Shown here piece by piece: positions 61,610 through 64,000 of a stretch of DNA of 64,000 nt. The stretch covers positions 1 through 64,000 of the forward strand of contig NIVC01001341.1 of NCBI GenBank assembly GCA_002269645.1. Reading direction: 5' to 3'. The notes beneath the pieces are model-generated. The model searched no databases. It had not been told where the DNA came from and worked only from the letters and a program-made list of their open reading frames with translations. The stretch is from Macrostomum lignano (lineage: Eukaryota). The position numbers and the translations under genes were made by a program. How positions within the stretch are numbered: position 1 is the stretch's first letter; every line of letters starts with the position of its first letter.

Positions 61610-63100
61610 TAAATGTGGCGCCACAAACTGTAGAATCCAACTGGTAAATATGGCGCCACAAACTGTAGAATCCAACTGGTAAATACATGTATGGCGCCAC
61701 AAACTGTAGAATCCAACTGGTAAATGTGGCGCCCCAAACTGTAGAATCCAACTGGTACATTTAAATGTGGCGCCACAAACTGTAGAATCCAACTGGTAAA
61801 TGTGGCGCCCCAAACTGTAGAATCCAACTGGTAAATGTGGCGCGACAAACTGTAGAGTCCAACAGGTAAATATGGCGCCACACACTGTAGAATCCAACTG
61901 GTAAATATGGCGCCACAAAGTGTAGAATCCAACTGGTAAATGTGGCGCAACAAACTGTAGAATCCAAGTAGTAAATGTGGCGCCACACACTGTAGAATCC
62001 AACTGGTAAATGTGGCGCCAAAAACTGTAGAATCCAACTGGTAAATGTGGCGCCACAAACTGTAGAATCCAACTGATAAATATGGCGCCACAAACTGTAG
62101 AATCCAACTGGTAAATATGACGCCACAAACTTTAGAATCCAACTGATAAATGTGGCGCCACAAACTGTAGAATCCAACTGATAAATGTGGCGCCACAAAC
62201 TGTAGAATCCAAGTAGTAAATGTGGCGCCACACACTGTAGAATCCAACTGGTAAATGTGGCGCCACAAACTGTAGAATCCAACTGATAAATGTGGCGCCA
62301 CAAACTGTAGAGTCCAACAGGTAAATATGGCGCCACAAACTGTAGAATCCAACTGGTAAATATGGCGCCACAAAGTGTAGAATCCAACTGGTAAATGTGG
62401 CGCAACAAACTGTAGAATCCAAGTAGTAAATGTGGCGCCACACACTGTAGAATCCAACTGGTAAATGTGGCGCCAAAAACTGTAGAATCCAACTGGTAAA
62501 TGTGGCGCCACAAACTGTAGAATCCAACTGATAAATATGGCGCCACAAACTGTAGAATCCAACTGATAAATATGGCGCCACAAACTTTAGAATCCAACTG
62601 ATAAATGTGGCGACACAAACTGTAGAATCCAACTGGTAAATATGGCGCCACAACCTTTAGAATCCAACTGATAAATGTGGCGCCACAAACTTTAGAATCC
62701 AACTGATAAATGTGGCGCCACAAACTGTAGAATCCAAGTAGTAAATGTGGCGCCACACACTGTAGAATCCAACTGGTAAATGTGGCGCCACAAACTGTAG
62801 AATCCAACTGATAAATGTGGCGCCACAAACTGTAGAATCCAACTGATAAATGTGGCGCCACAAACTGTAGAATCCAACTGATAAATGTGGCGCCACAAAC
62901 TGTAGAATCCCACTGGTAAATATGGCGCCACAAACTGTATAATCCAACTGGTAAATATGGCGCCACAAACTGTATAATCCAACTGGTAAATAAGGCGCCA
63001 CAAACTGTAGAATCCAACTAGTAAATGTTGCGCCACACACTGTAGAATCCAACTGATAAATGTGGCGCCAAAAATTGTAGAATTCAACTGGTAAATATGG
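61610..63100. repeat. 35-bp minisatellite (TGGCGCCA core)
   Basis: Unit TGGCGCCACAAACTGTAGAATCCAACTGGTAAATG. Confidence 0.96.
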
Positions 63101-63407
63101 CAAAACTAAACAAACTTACTCTCTAACTAAAGTGCAAATTTCGACAGCCAAATGCAGATCAAATTTTGCCATGCATGTAAGAAGGAATTCGAATCCTAGA
63201 TGCAGCAGATGTCAGTTTAGAGTTCGTTGGCGACGCTTGCTAAAAATTCCCAACCCATTTTCGCCATTTTGCAATAATGTCGCCTGATTCCAGTTTATTT
63301 TCGATTTTTCAGCTAGAAACTTGAGCTGGGTCAGCTGGGTTATCGTGACTGCCAGTCATTTCGTACTTATGTACTGACTTGCCTAGCAATGTATCGTTTG
63401 AGTCTGG

Positions 63408-63990
<583 letters not shown>

Positions 63991-64000
63991 GACAAGGTTC

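Overview
Intron-rich, minisatellite-saturated animal genomic DNA. The style suggests a free-living flatworm such as Macrostomum, but this is inference only. Plus strand, co-oriented: the 3' end of DHTKD1; a 5-exon chromodomain + ankyrin + PINIT-like gene that looks like an MPP8/MPHOSPH8 (HUSH subunit) orthologue; FAIM; a membrane-anchored vWA-only copine-family gene; and PRPSAP (PRPP synthetase-associated protein) with a 33-nt microexon. Copine intron 1 holds a nested antisense intronless C-type lectin/PAN gene and a full-length mariner. A ~7-7.5 kb tandem duplication (copine last exon + PRPSAP exon 1) has its junction inside a 24-bp minisatellite shared by introns of the two genes. Minus strand: an ANKS1-like 2xSAM+PTB gene with no ankyrin repeats, and a damaged PARP catalytic-domain gene. 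Two tRNA-derived SINE families and more than 30 tandem arrays are present. Most long ORFs in the supplied track are translations of these arrays. Gene models were built by hand from GT/AG sites and phase checks. Homologue comparisons are from recalled sequences, not database searches.
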